DNA from: Squalus acanthias | Lineage: Eukaryota | Direction of reading: 5' to 3' | Assembly (NCBI GenBank): GCA_030390025.1 | Contig: CM059432.1 | Coordinates: 32,862,001 to 32,926,000 of the forward strand | DNA: 64,000 nt | Shown here: positions 62,118 to 64,000 of the stretch, piece after piece | Layout: each line of letters opens with the position of its first letter | Numbering within the stretch: the first letter of the stretch is position 1 | Position numbers and translations under genes: made by a program | The notes under the pieces: model-generated | The model's input: only the letters and a program-made list of their open reading frames with translations | Database searches by the model: none | Told to the model about the DNA's origin: nothing

Positions 62118-62892
62118 TTGCAGACATTTTGACCCCGATCTTGACAGGGTTAGGTTGCGCATGCGGGGTGAGGGGGGTGGGGGAGGTGGAGGAGTTAGGA
62201 AACCCGGAAGTTTGTGTTTGCCCACATGCTGTGGAGTTTTGACTCCACAGCGTGTGTAGTATTTTTCTGTAAGATCTCCTCTGGAAGTCAGCCTGACTGA
62301 CAGGCTTGACTTACAGTTGGGCGCGGAGCACTCCGGAGCAGGCCGCAGGAGCAGGTAGGGAGCCTGCAGCTGCTACTGGGAGTGTGAGGGGTCTGATCCC
62401 CGACCCCAGGGGGGGGCGATCTGACCATGGGGGTCCAATCCCCAACCCGGGTGGGGGGGCGGGGCGGGGTCCGATACCCAACCCCAGGGCGGTAGTCCAA
62501 TCCCCGACTTCGGGTGGTTTTTGTATGGGTGGGAGCTTGGGGGGCCGGGGAAAGCACTCCTGCTTTTCCTGGCCCACAAGCAATGCTGTAAATGCACTTA
62601 TCTTCTCCCCAAAGCTGTCCTCACCTCCCTTCAGCTGCCAGGTTTCCCCGAGGCCTGCAAAACCCGGCTGGCCAGGGTTAAACCTATAAAGCAGGTTAAA
62701 TCTGAGGCTGCCAGCCTCATTAAAATATTTAAACAGCCAACCCGTCTCCTGGGAGCAGGTTGGCTGCCCGGCCCTTGTCCCGCCTCCGTTAAACCCGAAA
62801 GTGGGTGAGTTGGGGTTGGGTTTGGGATTTGTAAAGTTTTAACATCTCACCCAACCCCAACCTACCCATTTTTGGGGGTTAAGATTCAGCCC
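62118..62892. mobile_element. GC-rich MITE-like element
   Basis: Right end GGGGGTTAAGATTCAGCCC is TIR-like; left end degenerate; internal hairpin at 62223-62256. Confidence 0.45.
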
Positions 62893-63398
62893 TATGTTTC
62901 CATTCCTGAACACCAGGTGACACGTTGGCAATGCCTCAACTGCAGAGAAAAATCCTACAATCTCGAGTAAATATCCATTTGTGGAAATGTAATTAATTCA
63001 AAATGATTTTGTGTTCAGGGAAAATTTTGATGAGGAAAACCCGGCTCATGCCCCCTACTCCCTACCCCAACTAAGATAGTTCCCTTGACTTTGTTGCTCC
63101 TTGTCCTTATCCACTCCCCTCTCCTCCAATGACCCATTCTCCTTCCCCATTCTATTTCCCCGTTCTGATTCCTCAATCCTCCTCCTCTCTCTCTTCCATT
63201 CTCTCTCCCTTCCCTCTCCCTGCTCGCTCTCCCATCTGCCTCTTCTGTCTCCCCCTTCTTCCCTCCCCCACTTTGGTCTAGTTATCTTCCACTCTCTCAC
63301 CCTGTTTAACCTGAACACTACCTTCCCCCATTGCACACTCAGACCAGATTCCCTGTATGCAACACCATGGAAGATCAGTTAATATTTTAAAAAATAAT

Positions 63399-64000
63399 GG
63401 CCCGTATTTTCCGATGCCTACGGGTGTGTACGAGCTGTGTACTCACCCGTAGGGACCTCAAATGCCGGTTCCAGGCATGCGAAGCGCATGCGCTGAAAAC
63501 CGGCACTTCCGATCTGTCAAGAATCCTCTTGACAGATCGCACGCCTGCCCTGAAGAAGGGCCTCTGCAGGTGGAGAGTTCTGCCTTCTGCAGAACCTTCA
63601 CCCGCTGAAATCCGTTAAAAATCTTATGCCTAGTAAAAGCAGGCTTTTACCAGCATAAGAGTTTAAAAAAGTAAACAAAATAATTTTTTTTCACTCATTT
63701 ATTTAATTTAATGGGGCAGAAATTCGGGTCTCCACGGGTGAGTACGCGCTGTGTACTCACCCGTAGGGCCACCGGAAGTGCCGGTTTCGTGCATGCACTG
63801 CGCATGCACGGGAAACCGGAACTTCCAGTCTCGTGAAAGAAGGGGTTCGAGGGTCAACTGCGTGCGCCGGAGAGGCAGCGCGCACGCAGCGAACTTCGTT
63901 TTTTTTTTCAGGTTTCTCCGTGAGGTTAAGTATGGAGAAGCTGCGCAGGAAAAAAGGAGGCGCAAGGCTTGTTTTTAACAAGGTAAGTGGTGAATTAAGT
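63399..64000. mobile_element. Two related MITE ends (63399 and a nested one at 63713), related to the 50634 foldback; truncated by the window end
   Basis: GGCCCGTATTTT and GGGGCAGAAATT termini, each followed by an ACGGGTGWGTAC-7nt-GTACTCACCCGT hairpin and GCATGC-rich hairpins. Confidence 0.72.

Noticed and set aside
63055..63382. Glu/Arg-rich and Ser/Leu-rich ORFs
   Set aside because: Translations of a CT-rich low-complexity tract.
56447..64000. Upstream kinase exon (HRDLK-containing)
   Set aside because: Looked for on the minus strand and not found; probably beyond the window.

Overview
Repeat-dense eukaryotic genomic DNA. The repeat repertoire (CR1/L2 LINEs, tRNA-head DeuSINE-like SINEs, Penelope ends) suggests a cartilaginous fish, which is an inference. 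Two spliced protein-coding genes lie on the minus strand. (1) ELP6 (Elongator subunit 6): coding exons 1-5 at 35840-35787, 25394-25316, 7840-7770, 7307-7174 and 1887-1695, with a CpG-rich promoter at about 35.85-36.13 kb; its last exons fall off the left edge. (2) The last four coding exons of an eIF2-alpha kinase of the PKR/PERK group, most PKR-like (56446-56306, 49531-49424, 46950-46888, 45773-45666); its upstream exons are not in the window. Most of the remainder is decayed and nested LINEs and SINEs, an internally deleted Gypsy LTR element, a Penelope fragment, short Penelope-derived inverted inserts with minimal hammerhead-ribozyme cores, PIF/Harbinger-type MITEs (including a 1.4-kb foldback), and tandem arrays next to splice sites. 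Most ORFs in the supplied track are TE fragments or spurious. All calls are by eye; no database searches were run.
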